Both the position numbers and the translations under genes were made by a program. This document shows, one piece after another, positions 1 to 9,449 of a stretch of DNA of 64,000 bases. Source of the DNA: Escherichia phage AV118; the sequence record OR352948.1. One strand, written 5' to 3'. Under the pieces are notes generated by a model. It had not been told where the DNA came from and searched no databases. It worked only from the letters and a program-made list of their open reading frames with translations. Within the stretch, counting starts at the first letter, position 1. Each line of letters opens with the position of its first letter.

Positions 1-8
1 TCTGAAGA

Positions 9-395
9 TTATGACTCATATTGTTCCTTATAACTATCAATATAGTCCTGTATGTCGAAGAACGATATTTCATATTCTAGGGCATTAAGAGCCTGTTCTT
101 CGGTGTAGTCAGAACCAAATACAATAGTGATTTCACCTGGTTTAGAATGACTGAAATCAACACTAAACTCAATTCTAGAGCAGACTTCATCTTCCATATC
201 TATGATAACACTACGATACACTTCTCGGTTAACCTGATAAAGCTCTGCAAGTTCTTCACAACGAATAACAAGTTCAGTGGCAGGATTTTCTTTGATTTTA
301 GTAAGCATAGTCTTTACCCTTATGTTTTTGTTTACGTTTAGATTGAAGTTCTGATTTCTTTTTGTCCTTATGGACGGAAGCCTTATTGAAATCAT
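9..395 (-). CDS. hypothetical protein (128 aa)
   Basis: Minus-strand ORF; start codon overlaps stop of upstream gene (ATGA coupling). Alternative internal ATG at 308 with AGGG Shine-Dalgarno. Confidence 0.4.
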   Translation of the reverse strand: MISIRLPSIRTKRNQNFNLNVNKNIRVKTMLTKIKENPATELVIRCEELAELYQVNREVYRSVIIDMEDEVCSRIEFSVDFSHSKPGEITIVFGSDYTEEQALNALEYEISFFDIQDYIDSYKEQYES

Positions 396-610
396 GTTTT
401 GCTACAAGATTGTTCATAATGCTTTATAACCTCGTTTAAACATTTATCGGTAAAAGAAAACTTTTTAGCCACAGAACATTCGATAATGTGCTCTTTCAAA
501 TCTTTAGAGTCGGTATATCCCATCTCAGTAATAAAGTGGCGAATTAAAGCTTTATTCTTATCATTAACAGAATTAAAATAATCTGCTTTAGAATCAATTA
601 TTCTCATCAT
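392..610 (-). CDS. hypothetical protein (72 aa)
   Basis: Minus-strand ORF in packed early-gene array. Confidence 0.4.
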   Translation of the reverse strand: MMRIIDSKADYFNSVNDKNKALIRHFITEMGYTDSKDLKEHIIECSVAKKFSFTDKCLNEVIKHYEQSCSKT

Positions 611-875
611 CTAATTTCCTTAATTGATATTGCAACGAGCTAATAATTTCTTCGTTCATTTTAATATACATGTCACGCAAGAAAGGTTTTAACCCATCAC
701 GAATAATTGCTAACGTATCACCTTTACATAAATTAACCAAATAAGGATGGTCTAAAGCGTCCCAACCAGGCTGATTAGCATACATACCATAGTTTTCTTC
801 CATCATATGATTAAGACGTTTGATATCTTGGATACGTGATTCAATAGCATCTTTCTGGAGTTGTTTAATATTCAT
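594..875 (-). CDS. hypothetical protein (93 aa)
   Basis: Minus-strand ORF in packed early-gene array. Confidence 0.4.
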   Translation of the reverse strand: MNIKQLQKDAIESRIQDIKRLNHMMEENYGMYANQPGWDALDHPYLVNLCKGDTLAIIRDGLKPFLRDMYIKMNEEIISSLQYQLRKLDDENN

Positions 876-1336
876 TAATAAAGGTCCTCTGAATAAAGTT
901 CTTTCTCACTTCCACCACGTTCAATACGTACCTGTCCAGCATACGTTGCAATAATCATTGCTTCTTCACGCGTCCAGTAATTAGAGTATTGGTCAATAAA
1001 GCCTTGGTCGTCACCACAAACTTGTTGCGAGACTAATTGAGGACCAACTATATCAAGTACTTCAGCCATATCTTTAGAGTAATGACGAACTCCAGGAATA
1101 ACTAGAGTTCCACCACTCTTCAATTTAAACCTATTAGCCGCACATACTATAACACGTTGAACTTTTTGGTCATTATTCCAATAGCACGTTTGCCAACAGA
1201 TTTCAGGAACTTCATTCATTATATCATCAGCAGAATAATTATAACCGTAGGACTGGAATTTTTCTGCTAGACTTTCAGGAGTCTCACGAGACAAGGCCAA
1301 ATCTAATAGCTCTAAACGTTCTTTAAATGATTTCAT
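875..1336 (-). CDS. hypothetical protein (153 aa)
   Basis: Minus-strand ORF; stop/start overlap with neighbours. Confidence 0.45.
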   Translation of the reverse strand: MKSFKERLELLDLALSRETPESLAEKFQSYGYNYSADDIMNEVPEICWQTCYWNNDQKVQRVIVCAANRFKLKSGGTLVIPGVRHYSKDMAEVLDIVGPQLVSQQVCGDDQGFIDQYSNYWTREEAMIIATYAGQVRIERGGSEKELYSEDLY

Positions 1337-1662
1337 TTAAACCATTCCTTAATACGTTGCCAAATAGATTTTTGTGCTTGTTTATTTACACCAATCGAAC
1401 GAATAATCGGTTGTGACTGCTGATATTCTTTATAATCTTCTTTATAGATTTCGTAAGCGGCATCAACAAATGAACTGATCGCTGCCATGTAGTTTTTACG
1501 AAGGCCAAATGGAGCGTCATTATTTTCACGAATAACCGTATATTGGCCTGCTTTAATCTTTACAATTGTCCCTAAATAAGCCCCGTGGTACCAAATATCC
1601 CATCCTTCCTGAGTAGGTTCTGCACATTTACGAAGTTCGTTAATAATATTCAGCTTATTCAT
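1333..1662 (-). CDS. hypothetical protein (109 aa)
   Basis: Minus-strand ORF immediately downstream of motA. Confidence 0.45.
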   Translation of the reverse strand: MNKLNIINELRKCAEPTQEGWDIWYHGAYLGTIVKIKAGQYTVIRENNDAPFGLRKNYMAAISSFVDAAYEIYKEDYKEYQQSQPIIRSIGVNKQAQKSIWQRIKEWFK

Positions 1663-1672
1663 TATGTATTCC

Positions 1673-2305
1673 TCACAGTACGTTAGTTACAAGGGTAATG
1701 ATTTCTTTGGACACATTAGGGAAGTCAATGTAAGTATATTTACCACCGATCTTAATCTTAACATCATTTTCAAGAGAAGTAAACAGCTTTGATTCAGTTT
1801 CTGACATGTTGTATGCAAAGATTCTAAGAGAACCATCTCGACGAATTTCGATCTGACGAATACCTAGAACTCGTTTTGCAAATCGAACTTCCAAGTTACT
1901 ACGGTTTTCACCGATTTCTTTAACTTCAACTTTATCTTTAATATTTTCAAAAACAAAGTTTGCTAGTTCATGCATTTCAGGAGTAACTCCACGTGCTTTT
2001 CTGGTGTTACGTTTCTGAAGAAGTTCTGGAGCATTTTCTTGAGCAAATAGGTCTGCAGCTTTTTGGATAATATCCATTGCTTCGCCTGTTGCTATAAGTC
2101 CATCACCAGATTTTTCGACTAAACCTTTCTTAATCAATACACCAATGTTAGAGTTAACAACCGATGCATTGTATTCTGCTTCCAGAGCTTCACGGACATT
2201 GGCAGCAGTGGTGAAGTTGTTCTTAATGATATAAACCATTATTGCAGCAGTTTTTTCATTCAGAGCGTTTTCAGAAGCTTTGATGATGTAAGTAACTTTA
2301 GACAT
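1673..2305 (-). CDS. motA: MotA-like activator of middle transcription (210 aa)
   Basis: Size, N-terminal MSKVTYIIKAS and NSNIGVLIKKGLVEKSGDGLI segment typical of T4 MotA; position downstream of gene 52; preceded by early-type promoter. Confidence 0.7.
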   Translation of the reverse strand: MSKVTYIIKASENALNEKTAAIMVYIIKNNFTTAANVREALEAEYNASVVNSNIGVLIKKGLVEKSGDGLIATGEAMDIIQKAADLFAQENAPELLQKRNTRKARGVTPEMHELANFVFENIKDKVEVKEIGENRSNLEVRFAKRVLGIRQIEIRRDGSLRIFAYNMSETESKLFTSLENDVKIKIGGKYTYIDFPNVSKEIITLVTNVL

Positions 2306-2344
2306 TTTATTTCTCCAATTTGGTTGTTTTGTTTTGATAGGTCT

Positions 2345-2373
2345 ATAATATCATGTTTGAAGCATATGTAAAC
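2345..2373 (-). promoter_or_regulatory. T4-early-type promoter (-35 GTTTAC, 17-nt spacer, -10 TATTAT) upstream of motA
   Basis: Minus-strand GTTTAC-N17-TATTAT read directly from sequence. Confidence 0.5.
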
Positions 2374-2392
2374 TGTTTTGTGAGAAAAATGC

Positions 2393-2414
2393 ACAAAAGG
2401 GAGCCGAAGCTCCC
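2393..2414 (-). terminator. C(UUCG)G hairpin followed by U-run on minus transcript, downstream of gene 52
   Basis: Plus-strand gggagc-cgaa-gctccc preceded by A-run (U-run on minus transcript). Confidence 0.5.
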
Positions 2415-2490
2415 TAATCATGTTTGTCCAACCAATACAGCCAAATCACTAGTGCAGCTATTGCGCCGAGAAATCCTAAGGCTATGGCAC

Positions 2491-3816
2491 TCAAAGTGCC
2501 TCCAAGTCTTTAGTGTACTCTGTCACAACATCAGTAGACTTCCAATACTCATTTTCTTCTTTCTTAGCTTTAGCTTCTTCTGCTAGTTTACGTGCTTCAT
2601 CGGAAGTGATATGGAAGATGTTAAGACCTACCAGTTTATCGACATGTTCTTTATACATTTCGATTTGTGCGAGCTCTTCAGTCAAAGCTTTACGAGTCTT
2701 GCCCTGAATCACAATTTCGCCGTTGATAACTTTTTTGATGAAGTGTGCCTTAGCAAAAGCCAGTTTAAATGCTTTTTCAGATTCAAGGATTTTGTTGTCA
2801 ATACGTTTCTGAACGTAAGTCTTACGGACTTCAACAAAATCTTTGATTAAGTCCACTACGTTATCGTAGACAGCTAATTTACCCTTTTCATTAATCACTG
2901 TGATGTTTTGTGAACGACGTTCGATGAGACTAAAATCTTTCATGATTTTTTCATGACGTAGCTCTTCATCATCAGGAAGCGAGTACTCTTTACGGAACTT
3001 CACCTTAAACCCAAAGCCGTGTTCACCGCAATCATCTTCCCATGAGATTAGACCTTTGTCTTCCAACGGGTCAAGAACCTTACTCACATACGTTTCACGG
3101 TCGAATTTATATGGGATTTCAGTTATCTGCATTTGAGTGCGAGATGTGAACTTATATGTTCCGTGAATCTCATAGCGCCCATCAACTTCATGTACTTCAC
3201 CACGGAATTCCGGGAATTCAACTTTTGGCTTAGTGACATTTTTACCTTGAAGAGCTTGTAATACAGCCTTTTTGACTGATTTAAAACTATGAGGCAGAAT
3301 ATTTGTTGCGTAACCGGTTGCAATACCAGAGACACCATTCAAAAGAACTGTCGGAATAATAGGAAGATAGAATTTTGGTGGAATGTGTTCTTTATCTTCA
3401 TGAGCTGGAGCATATTCAGTATCTTTATATACGTTATAGAAATTTTTACTTACACGAGCAAAAATATAACGAGATGCTGCAGCTTTTTGGACTGTTCGAG
3501 AACCAAAGTTGCCTTGACCATCTAACAGTGGATAGTTGTTGTTCCATGTGTTAGCCATCAATGCACCTGCATCTTGTGCAGAAGATTCACCATGGTGATA
3601 ACCTAAATCGGCAACACCACCCGCAATTGACGCAAGTTTATGAAATTTTTCTTTATTACCACGAGCCAAATCTAACGCACGATGGACCACAAAACGTTGA
3701 ACCGGCTTAAATCCATCAATCATGTTTGGGATTGCACGGTTTTCAACGGTGTACATCGCATATGCTAAGGCTTCGTTATCAATAATACTTTTTAGATTAC
3801 GAGAATTCAATTGCAT
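2491..3816 (-). CDS. 52: DNA topoisomerase II medium subunit gp52 (GyrA-like N-terminal domain, 441 aa)
   Basis: Type IIA topoisomerase A-subunit motifs (PNMIDGFKPVQRFVVHRAL; active-site region ARVSKNFY); size matches T4 gp52. Confidence 0.9.
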   Translation of the reverse strand: MQLNSRNLKSIIDNEALAYAMYTVENRAIPNMIDGFKPVQRFVVHRALDLARGNKEKFHKLASIAGGVADLGYHHGESSAQDAGALMANTWNNNYPLLDGQGNFGSRTVQKAAASRYIFARVSKNFYNVYKDTEYAPAHEDKEHIPPKFYLPIIPTVLLNGVSGIATGYATNILPHSFKSVKKAVLQALQGKNVTKPKVEFPEFRGEVHEVDGRYEIHGTYKFTSRTQMQITEIPYKFDRETYVSKVLDPLEDKGLISWEDDCGEHGFGFKVKFRKEYSLPDDEELRHEKIMKDFSLIERRSQNITVINEKGKLAVYDNVVDLIKDFVEVRKTYVQKRIDNKILESEKAFKLAFAKAHFIKKVINGEIVIQGKTRKALTEELAQIEMYKEHVDKLVGLNIFHITSDEARKLAEEAKAKKEENEYWKSTDVVTEYTKDLEAL

Positions 3817-3820
3817 ATTT

Positions 3821-3961
3821 TCACCATATTAATGAACGAATAACCATTATAACATCTGAAATGAAAAGCACTACTTGGATTAGTCCAAACATCACACTGT
3901 AGTACAGAACCGTAAGCAACAACAAGAGCCCGAAGGCTCCTGCTAAGATTTTCTTAATCAT
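3821..3961 (-). CDS. small hydrophobic protein (46 aa), below ORF-track threshold
   Basis: ATG at 3961 shares TAATG overlap with upstream ORF; translation MIKKILAGAFGLLLLLTVLYYSVMFGLIQVVLFISDVIMVIRSLIW; contains an internal UUCG hairpin, so may be non-coding. Confidence 0.3.
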   Translation of the reverse strand: MIKKILAGAFGLLLLLTVLYYSVMFGLIQVVLFISDVIMVIRSLIW

Positions 3962-4107
3962 TACTCGCCTTTTAACACGTTAAGAAGAGCTAAGACCACT
4001 AAGGTACCTTGTGATACGGCCTGTTGAAATACTGTTGTTTCGCCTGTAACTAAAGTGTTAACGAATAAAAACGACCAACACAACAATGCAATAATCCATG
4101 CTACCAT
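3961..4107 (-). CDS. small membrane protein (48 aa), positional analogue of T4 ac/stp region
   Basis: ATG at 4107 with GAGG Shine-Dalgarno; translation MVAWIIALLCWSFLFVNTLVTGETTVFQQAVSQGTLVVLALLNVLKGE. Confidence 0.35.
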   Translation of the reverse strand: MVAWIIALLCWSFLFVNTLVTGETTVFQQAVSQGTLVVLALLNVLKGE

Positions 4108-4159
4108 TTTAATTACCTCAAAAATAAATTAAAGGCCCAACTTAATAGGCCCGTATAAA

Positions 4160-4606
4160 TTAATAACTCTGCAGAATGAATTTAAAGTTATCAGCCAGAA
4201 GACGGTTCATTTCAGTGAGTGTTTGATATTCTGATGTATGGTTGCGAGTGAATGCCAGAGCCAATTGACCTTTACCGTAACCAGTGGTCAGTGGTTTCAT
4301 GTTCTTAGCTGCAACAAAGATTACATCATATTCAATATTGTTAGTGCCCATGGTACGGGCTAGTTGCGAACGGCCTTGACGAATGTGAGAAAGAATTGCA
4401 TCCAACCCTTGTTTAGAACGTTGACGTCCTACAAAGAATCGTGCTGCAACTTGACGCCAGTCGGATGAACCTTTAACAAAGAAGTAAAAACCTTCACGAG
4501 AACGAAACTCTTTAGAAACTTCAGAACCGTATTCACCATTACGAACTACTGCAACAACTTCACCGCCAACTGCCAGAAGGTCTTTACGAGTTAAATATTT
4601 GGACAT
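4160..4606 (-). CDS. ndd: Ndd-like nucleoid disruption protein (148 aa)
   Basis: Size and position between rIIB/denB region and gene 52; C-terminal LALAFTRNH...[12 protein letters not shown] segment resembles T4 Ndd from memory. Confidence 0.5.
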   Translation of the reverse strand: MSKYLTRKDLLAVGGEVVAVVRNGEYGSEVSKEFRSREGFYFFVKGSSDWRQVAARFFVGRQRSKQGLDAILSHIRQGRSQLARTMGTNNIEYDVIFVAAKNMKPLTTGYGKGQLALAFTRNHTSEYQTLTEMNRLLADNFKFILQSY

Positions 4607-4650
4607 GCTAATTTCCTCAATTGATTAATGTTTTTGTAATCCATGAGAGC

Positions 4651-4680
4651 ATTATACTCTGCTCTCAAGAGTTTGTACAA
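4651..4680 (-). promoter_or_regulatory. Early-type promoter (-10 TATAAT inside 7-bp inverted repeat) upstream of ndd; part of a 35-nt sequence repeated at 51517-51551
   Basis: Minus-strand TGTACA-N18-TATAAT; gagagca/tgctctc inverted repeat flanks the -10. Confidence 0.4.
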
Positions 4681-4682
4681 TT

Positions 4683-4883
4683 TTATTCGGCTATATCAGA
4701 ACGTTCAAAAAGCTCTTCAACAGTTAAACATTCAGTGTCATCTTCAATAAAGAATCGAGTCCAACACGTTGGGGCGATACAGTTATGAGTTTGTCCGGCG
4801 ATAGAAGCTACACGAATAAGCTGCTGACCATTATTCAGAACAAATTTTTCACCAATTTCAACATCTTTAAAAAGCTTAGCCAT
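4683..4883 (-). CDS. hypothetical protein (66 aa)
   Basis: Minus-strand ORF downstream of promoter at 4912-4941. Confidence 0.4.
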   Translation of the reverse strand: MAKLFKDVEIGEKFVLNNGQQLIRVASIAGQTHNCIAPTCWTRFFIEDDTECLTVEELFERSDIAE

Positions 4884-4911
4884 TTTGTGTTCCTCATGTT
4901 TCAGTAGAACT

Positions 4912-4941
4912 ACTATACCATAATCCTACCTTGTTGTAAAC
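4912..4941 (-). promoter_or_regulatory. T4-early-type promoter (GTTTAC-N18-TATAGT)
   Basis: Read on minus strand. Confidence 0.45.
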
Positions 4942-5133
4942 AATTAAATTACATTAAAATATGTTAAAGCCAACCATGTTCCAGTGAACGAACATGCAAT
5001 GTAAAAACCAGTATCACAAATTGTTTTTAGTACAATAAGAAGTGCATTTTTCATAAGTACCTCAATGCAATTGAAAATATTATACAAATCATAGGGATAC
5101 TAAGCAACCATATTCCGATCCACATTTTAGAGC

Positions 5134-5397
5134 TCATATCTCAACTTCCGCGAGTTCCATATATCCTTTGTTGATAACCTCTTTAAGGTCTTTAGAAAGA
5201 ATAACACCAAAATGGTCGTTCATATGTCCATTAACTAAACGAGTTATTTCGGCTTCAGATGACATATAAGGCACGTCTGAGTCCCAATGAGATAGTCCCA
5301 AATGGGTATAAATCATCCCTTCGTCATCTGCAGTGTTGTACATTGAAACAAATTCGCCTGTTACTTTATGTTTTGCGTAGAAAAATTTAAATTTCAT
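5134..5397 (-). CDS. hypothetical protein (87 aa)
   Basis: Minus-strand ORF with AGAGGA Shine-Dalgarno; promoter 5424-5453 upstream. Confidence 0.45.
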   Translation of the reverse strand: MKFKFFYAKHKVTGEFVSMYNTADDEGMIYTHLGLSHWDSDVPYMSSEAEITRLVNGHMNDHFGVILSKDLKEVINKGYMELAEVEI

Positions 5398-5423
5398 GAT
5401 GTTATCCTCTTTTAGATAGGACT

Positions 5424-5453
5424 ACTATATCATAGTCCTACTTAGTTGTAAAC
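5424..5453 (-). promoter_or_regulatory. T4-early-type promoter (GTTTAC-N18-TATAGT)
   Basis: Read on minus strand; -10 flanked by aggacta/tagtcct inverted repeat. Confidence 0.45.
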
Positions 5454-5465
5454 ACTTTTATGAAA

Positions 5466-6023
5466 TTAAAGATGAAGATACCACCCGTTGTAGTTGCTCT
5501 TGCGGACGATTTTCTTTAGGTCTTCATGGTCTCCCACGAACTTTATAGAATAAGAGAAGACGTCAGGTGAGGTTTCTTTGACATCTAATATAATAATGCA
5601 ATCTGCGACTCGATGGTTCAAGAAGGGCCCTATATTGATTCCATTACCACCAGGATAATCACCACTGTATCCTGTGGTAACCGAAATCCATTTAGAATCT
5701 ATCTGGTGCGTCTTGACTTCGACACGCAACCCGCAGTATTTAGGATGAGCTAACACGTCCCATGCATACGTGTACGGGTCTTCTACGTCTTCATTACCTT
5801 TATTAACATATCCGTCTAGCCAATTTGCTACTACATACTCTGCAAAGACTGCAACCTTACAACGTCGAACAACGTCTTCTTTTATTTGACCTGGATCTTG
5901 TTTCAACGAGTACCGAGCAGTGTCAGCAATCTTCACCTTCATTTCACTAGTCAAAAACTCATTCGACAGGATAAATGTCGGAAGATTCTTCAGCCTCAAC
6001 AGCCCCAAGTTCGTCTTTACCAT
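5466..6023 (-). CDS. hypothetical protein (185 aa from ATG at 6023); positional candidate for DenB (endonuclease IV)
   Basis: Internal ATG at 6023 has GAGG Shine-Dalgarno and gives 185 aa (T4 DenB length); the ORF-track start at 6086 would overlap the upstream ORF. Confidence 0.4.
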   Translation of the reverse strand: MVKTNLGLLRLKNLPTFILSNEFLTSEMKVKIADTARYSLKQDPGQIKEDVVRRCKVAVFAEYVVANWLDGYVNKGNEDVEDPYTYAWDVLAHPKYCGLRVEVKTHQIDSKWISVTTGYSGDYPGGNGINIGPFLNHRVADCIIILDVKETSPDVFSYSIKFVGDHEDLKKIVRKSNYNGWYLHL

Positions 6024-6246
6024 AGATACCTCTGATGTGTAGTTCGCCAAAATAAATGCGGTCACCTTCTTCAAGATATTCTGCATCTACAGGCGGAATT
6101 TCAATAACAACTTCGTCGCATTCTAACCAGCCGTAGTGTGCATCGCCCGGGTGTTTTACCAATTTAGCACAATAAACTGATTTACACTTATGATGACCAC
6201 GAAGATTAGCAATTTTGGATTCTGATACGTCAAATGGATGAATCAT
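5959..6246 (-). CDS. hypothetical His/Cys-containing protein (95 aa)
   Basis: ATG at 6246 with AGGGG Shine-Dalgarno, directly after the rIIB terminator. Confidence 0.4.
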   Translation of the reverse strand: MIHPFDVSESKIANLRGHHKCKSVYCAKLVKHPGDAHYGWLECDEVVIEIPPVDAEYLEEGDRIYFGELHIRGIYGKDELGAVEAEESSDIYPVE

Positions 6247-6257
6247 AATTACCCCTA

Positions 6258-6282
6258 AAGAAAAAAGGGGACCGAAGTCCCC
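6258..6282 (-). terminator. C(UUCG)G hairpin + U6 intrinsic terminator immediately after rIIB
   Basis: Plus aaaaaa-ggggac-cgaa-gtcccc; on minus transcript GGGGAC-UUCG-GUCCCC-UUUUUU. Confidence 0.6.
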
Positions 6283-6287
6283 AATTA

Positions 6288-7214
6288 TTATTCTGCAAAT
6301 AATTCAGTAACGTCTGAAATTACTTCGTAACGACAAGTACGCATCTTAGCATCGCCATAGTCAACTGGGATAGATACAACATCACGTGGATGAACTTTAA
6401 CCTTAACAACTTTATCTGAGCTAGAACCGAAGTAACGAATATATGATTTAGCACAAACATGTAGACCACGGGAGCAGGTTTGAGTATCATCATCGTTAAC
6501 ACGAGTACGAGGCATTGAAACAACTTTACCAGGCGAGTTATCAAATGTGCCGCTATAGCAATCTAAATAGTCTTTACGAACTACTTTCCATGCATAGAAA
6601 TGCCCGTCTTCAGTGATTTCAATATCATTTGCAACCAAGAAGTCGAATAAACGTTGTACAGCTTTTTCGCTCGGGTTTTCTAACAGGTTTTCAAGGAACG
6701 GTAGATAGAATTTAAAGTCTTCGCCTTTTTCCATAGAATCAATAATACGATTAACAAGGCCAGAACGAATCTCTATACCTTGATAAAATAAACTACCACC
6801 TTCAATAACAACATTACCGTCAACAAACTTACTAATAGCTTTCTTGATGTTAATAAGTTCGACAGCTTTACTAAGGTTTCCTGCGACCAGATTAGCTTTA
6901 ATTTCTTCAAAATTTGCATGACTTGATGGAGTCGCATTGTATGCTACGCGTCCTTCAATAATTGAAATAAATTTAGATGACGCGTTCCATACGATTTCAG
7001 GACGATGGCCGCCGATAATAGGTTCATCATTTTCTGGAACTTCTTCAACTTTCGAAGTCTCATCTTCGGCTTTAAAATTCTTAACAATCTTACGAAGAGT
7101 ATCTGTTGAAATGTCGAAGTAATCAGCAATTTCCCGACGGGTCCATTGACCTGATTCAACCAGTCTGTAAGCTTCTAACTGTTCTTCTTTGGACAAGCAT
7201 TTGATATTGTACAT
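6288..7214 (-). CDS. rIIB: rIIB protein (308 aa)
   Basis: Immediately downstream of rIIA; size close to T4 rIIB (312 aa); N-terminal HTH-like segment. Confidence 0.7.
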   Translation of the reverse strand: MYNIKCLSKEEQLEAYRLVESGQWTRREIADYFDISTDTLRKIVKNFKAEDETSKVEEVPENDEPIIGGHRPEIVWNASSKFISIIEGRVAYNATPSSHANFEEIKANLVAGNLSKAVELINIKKAISKFVDGNVVIEGGSLFYQGIEIRSGLVNRIIDSMEKGEDFKFYLPFLENLLENPSEKAVQRLFDFLVANDIEITEDGHFYAWKVVRKDYLDCYSGTFDNSPGKVVSMPRTRVNDDDTQTCSRGLHVCAKSYIRYFGSSSDKVVKVKVHPRDVVSIPVDYGDAKMRTCRYEVISDVTELFAE

Positions 7215-7223
7215 AATGTTTCC

Positions 7224-9437
7224 TTATTTGGCCGCTTCCACGGCCTTCATGAATTTAACGATTTGAGCGACCTGTTCTTTGGAAAGAGTACCACGTCGTC
7301 CCATGTAGTCTGACACAATATGATAATTGGTTTCGAATTCAATAACCATTTTATCATCATTATCGTAAGCATTATCTTTAAGCTTATCGAAAATTTTAGC
7401 ACACAATTCTAACTTCTTATTCAGGTCTGTATTAGTAGCACCTGCGAATCGATTCCATCCCCAACGATTATTTACTGTTGAGAGTTTTGCAAAGTCTTTA
7501 CTGATTTCTTTGTTCTTAGAGCTAAAATACTTACTAAGGAAGTTAAGCTCTTCATTACGAGTAATATGATTCAAATAAGGCTGTGCTCTACGACTTGGTG
7601 ATACATACTCATCATAATCCACTTTATCGATTAGCGTAATATAGTCATTAATTGATTTTTCGAACAAGCATTCTACTTCACCAAGTTTACGAACTTTCTT
7701 AGCAATCTGTGGACGAACTACAGTGAACTCTTTAATACCTGACAAATCAGCAATACGGGTCAAGAAATTAGAGTCGTAGTTCAACCAACCTTTATCTGCG
7801 TCAAGACATTCAGCATTAGAACGATTACGAACTATAGCATAACCTTGGATTTCATCTGCTTCACTTGCCGGAATAAAGAGGTCTTCTGATACCCAAACAT
7901 CGTTTTCATTCTTAAAGAATCGATGAGCACTTGGCGATTTAGGACGAGGCTCATTAGTCCGTTTCTTGACTTCAATCCATGGCTTAACGATTTGTAAAAG
8001 CTCTGAAGTCTTGTACATGTTAATGTTGTCGCCATCAAAGATAACTTTAAGGCGTTCCAAAAGTTTCATTGCATCTTCGTCTGTAGGGTCAACGAATAGT
8101 ATGCTTTTACCAAAACCGCGCGGAACTTTACCAGTTAATTTAACATCGTCTTTAGACATTTCAATTGAATTAAGAGCTCGCATTAATGGAACGCGTCCCT
8201 TAACGTCGTCAATAACAATTTCAACATTTTTAATGTTAATGCCAATCAGACTGTTAATTGAAATAGTCGCCGATGAGCTACCACTTTCACGAATACGACG
8301 AAGACGAGGGGATTCAACTATATCGTATACTACGCCAAGATTACACCACTCAGGCCCCATTTTAAAACGTTTGTACAACTCAGAATAAGTTAGTTGTTCT
8401 TTAGAGTATTTCAGTGATTCAATATTAGACCCGGCCTTTTCCATGTATTTACGAGCGGTATAGCCAAGAGAATCAATTTCACGGAACACATGACGTGGGT
8501 ATTTACAATCAATCCATTTCTTAGAATCTTCAGCGAACAATTTAGCATCGATTTCTGCAACGCGTTTATGGATATTTGCTACTGTACGTTTATCAAATGA
8601 CAATGCTTCACGAGACGGGGCTACATCTAGTTCACCCATAGGGAATTTAATATAAGCTGTAGTGCATCGCGTCATCATCCATGTTTGTTCTTTAATAACA
8701 CTTCCGATTGGATATACAATACCACCATAAACAGCCATGATATTACCACGTTCACCCCATGGAGCTTCCTTGGCCAAATATACATCATCAAATTCAGGAA
8801 AGTATTTAATATCTTTAACACCACGAACTTCTGCAATATCACCTAGAGGACGCATAACATATGCAATTTCGGATGCGAACTTTTCAAAATCTTCTGGGTT
8901 AACCGGTACAACTACTTCTACACCCGTACGGTCATCAGGGCCCATCTTATCTACAAAGGTTGGCTTAATTTGTGGACCCGTGTCATCTTGGTAGATTACG
9001 TAACCACGAACTTCACCGTTGTGATAAGACGTAAGGTTAAACGTATCGGTATATGCTAATGGAGCTTTAGAACCGAGTCCGAATCCACCAATGAAATCGT
9101 TACTCGATGTTTTAGTTGAAGCAAAATATGAGTTATAAATTCCTGGCTCTTTGTCATTACCTCGAATGGTGAAATCACTCATACCCGGTCCAAAATCACG
9201 AACTACAAAACGTGGGTCTAAACGACCTGGAGCCTGAACAATAAACTTATCAGTGCAACCATTAAGAATTTGCCCATCAATACAGTTTGTGATTAATTCA
9301 CGTACACAAGCCAATTCTTTGTTTGTATAAAGGTCATTAGACAAAATCTTATAAACTTTGCTATTGCCTTGAATAGTAAATGCTGTGCTCTTACCGCCTG
9401 AACCAATAATCGTTTCTTTAGCCGTTTCGATAATCAT
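7224..9437 (-). CDS. rIIA: rIIA protein with N-terminal GHKL (Bergerat-fold) ATPase domain (737 aa)
   Basis: GHKL N-box ELITNCID and G1 box DFGPGM; size near T4 rIIA (725 aa); synteny 39-rIIA-rIIB. Confidence 0.8.
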   Translation of the reverse strand: MIIETAKETIIGSGGKSTAFTIQGNSKVYKILSNDLYTNKELACVRELITNCIDGQILNGCTDKFIVQAPGRLDPRFVVRDFGPGMSDFTIRGNDKEPGIYNSYFASTKTSSNDFIGGFGLGSKAPLAYTDTFNLTSYHNGEVRGYVIYQDDTGPQIKPTFVDKMGPDDRTGVEVVVPVNPEDFEKFASEIAYVMRPLGDIAEVRGVKDIKYFPEFDDVYLAKEAPWGERGNIMAVYGGIVYPIGSVIKEQTWMMTRCTTAYIKFPMGELDVAPSREALSFDKRTVANIHKRVAEIDAKLFAEDSKKWIDCKYPRHVFREIDSLGYTARKYMEKAGSNIESLKYSKEQLTYSELYKRFKMGPEWCNLGVVYDIVESPRLRRIRESGSSSATISINSLIGINIKNVEIVIDDVKGRVPLMRALNSIEMSKDDVKLTGKVPRGFGKSILFVDPTDEDAMKLLERLKVIFDGDNINMYKTSELLQIVKPWIEVKKRTNEPRPKSPSAHRFFKNENDVWVSEDLFIPASEADEIQGYAIVRNRSNAECLDADKGWLNYDSNFLTRIADLSGIKEFTVVRPQIAKKVRKLGEVECLFEKSINDYITLIDKVDYDEYVSPSRRAQPYLNHITRNEELNFLSKYFSSKNKEISKDFAKLSTVNNRWGWNRFAGATNTDLNKKLELCAKIFDKLKDNAYDNDDKMVIEFETNYHIVSDYMGRRGTLSKEQVAQIVKFMKAVEAAK

Positions 9438-9449
9438 GTTTTTCTCTCA

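Noticed and set aside
4154-4161. Plus-strand TATAAATT late-promoter-like octamer
   Set aside because: Antisense to ndd with no downstream plus-strand gene; likely chance occurrence in AT-rich DNA.
5466-6086. Long form (206 aa) of the DenB-candidate ORF
   Set aside because: The 5' extension overlaps the upstream 95-aa ORF by 128 nt; the internal ATG at 6023 has a GAGG Shine-Dalgarno and gives a 185-aa product, so the shorter form is preferred. The DenB identity itself is only positional.
6320-7159. Minus-strand alternative-frame ORFs (74 and 71 aa) inside rIIB
   Set aside because: Nested in the rIIB frame; no independent translation signals.
7966-8388. Plus-strand ORF (140 aa) inside rIIA, and similar plus-strand ORFs at 2353-2850, 11031-11792, 12966-13716, 18066-18824, 20232-20711, 38516-38802, 39760-40519, 46245-46988, 48601-49032, 62724-63080
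   Set aside because: Antisense to well-supported minus-strand genes with recognisable motifs; no Shine-Dalgarno; low-complexity composition typical of reverse-frame artefacts in AT-rich DNA.
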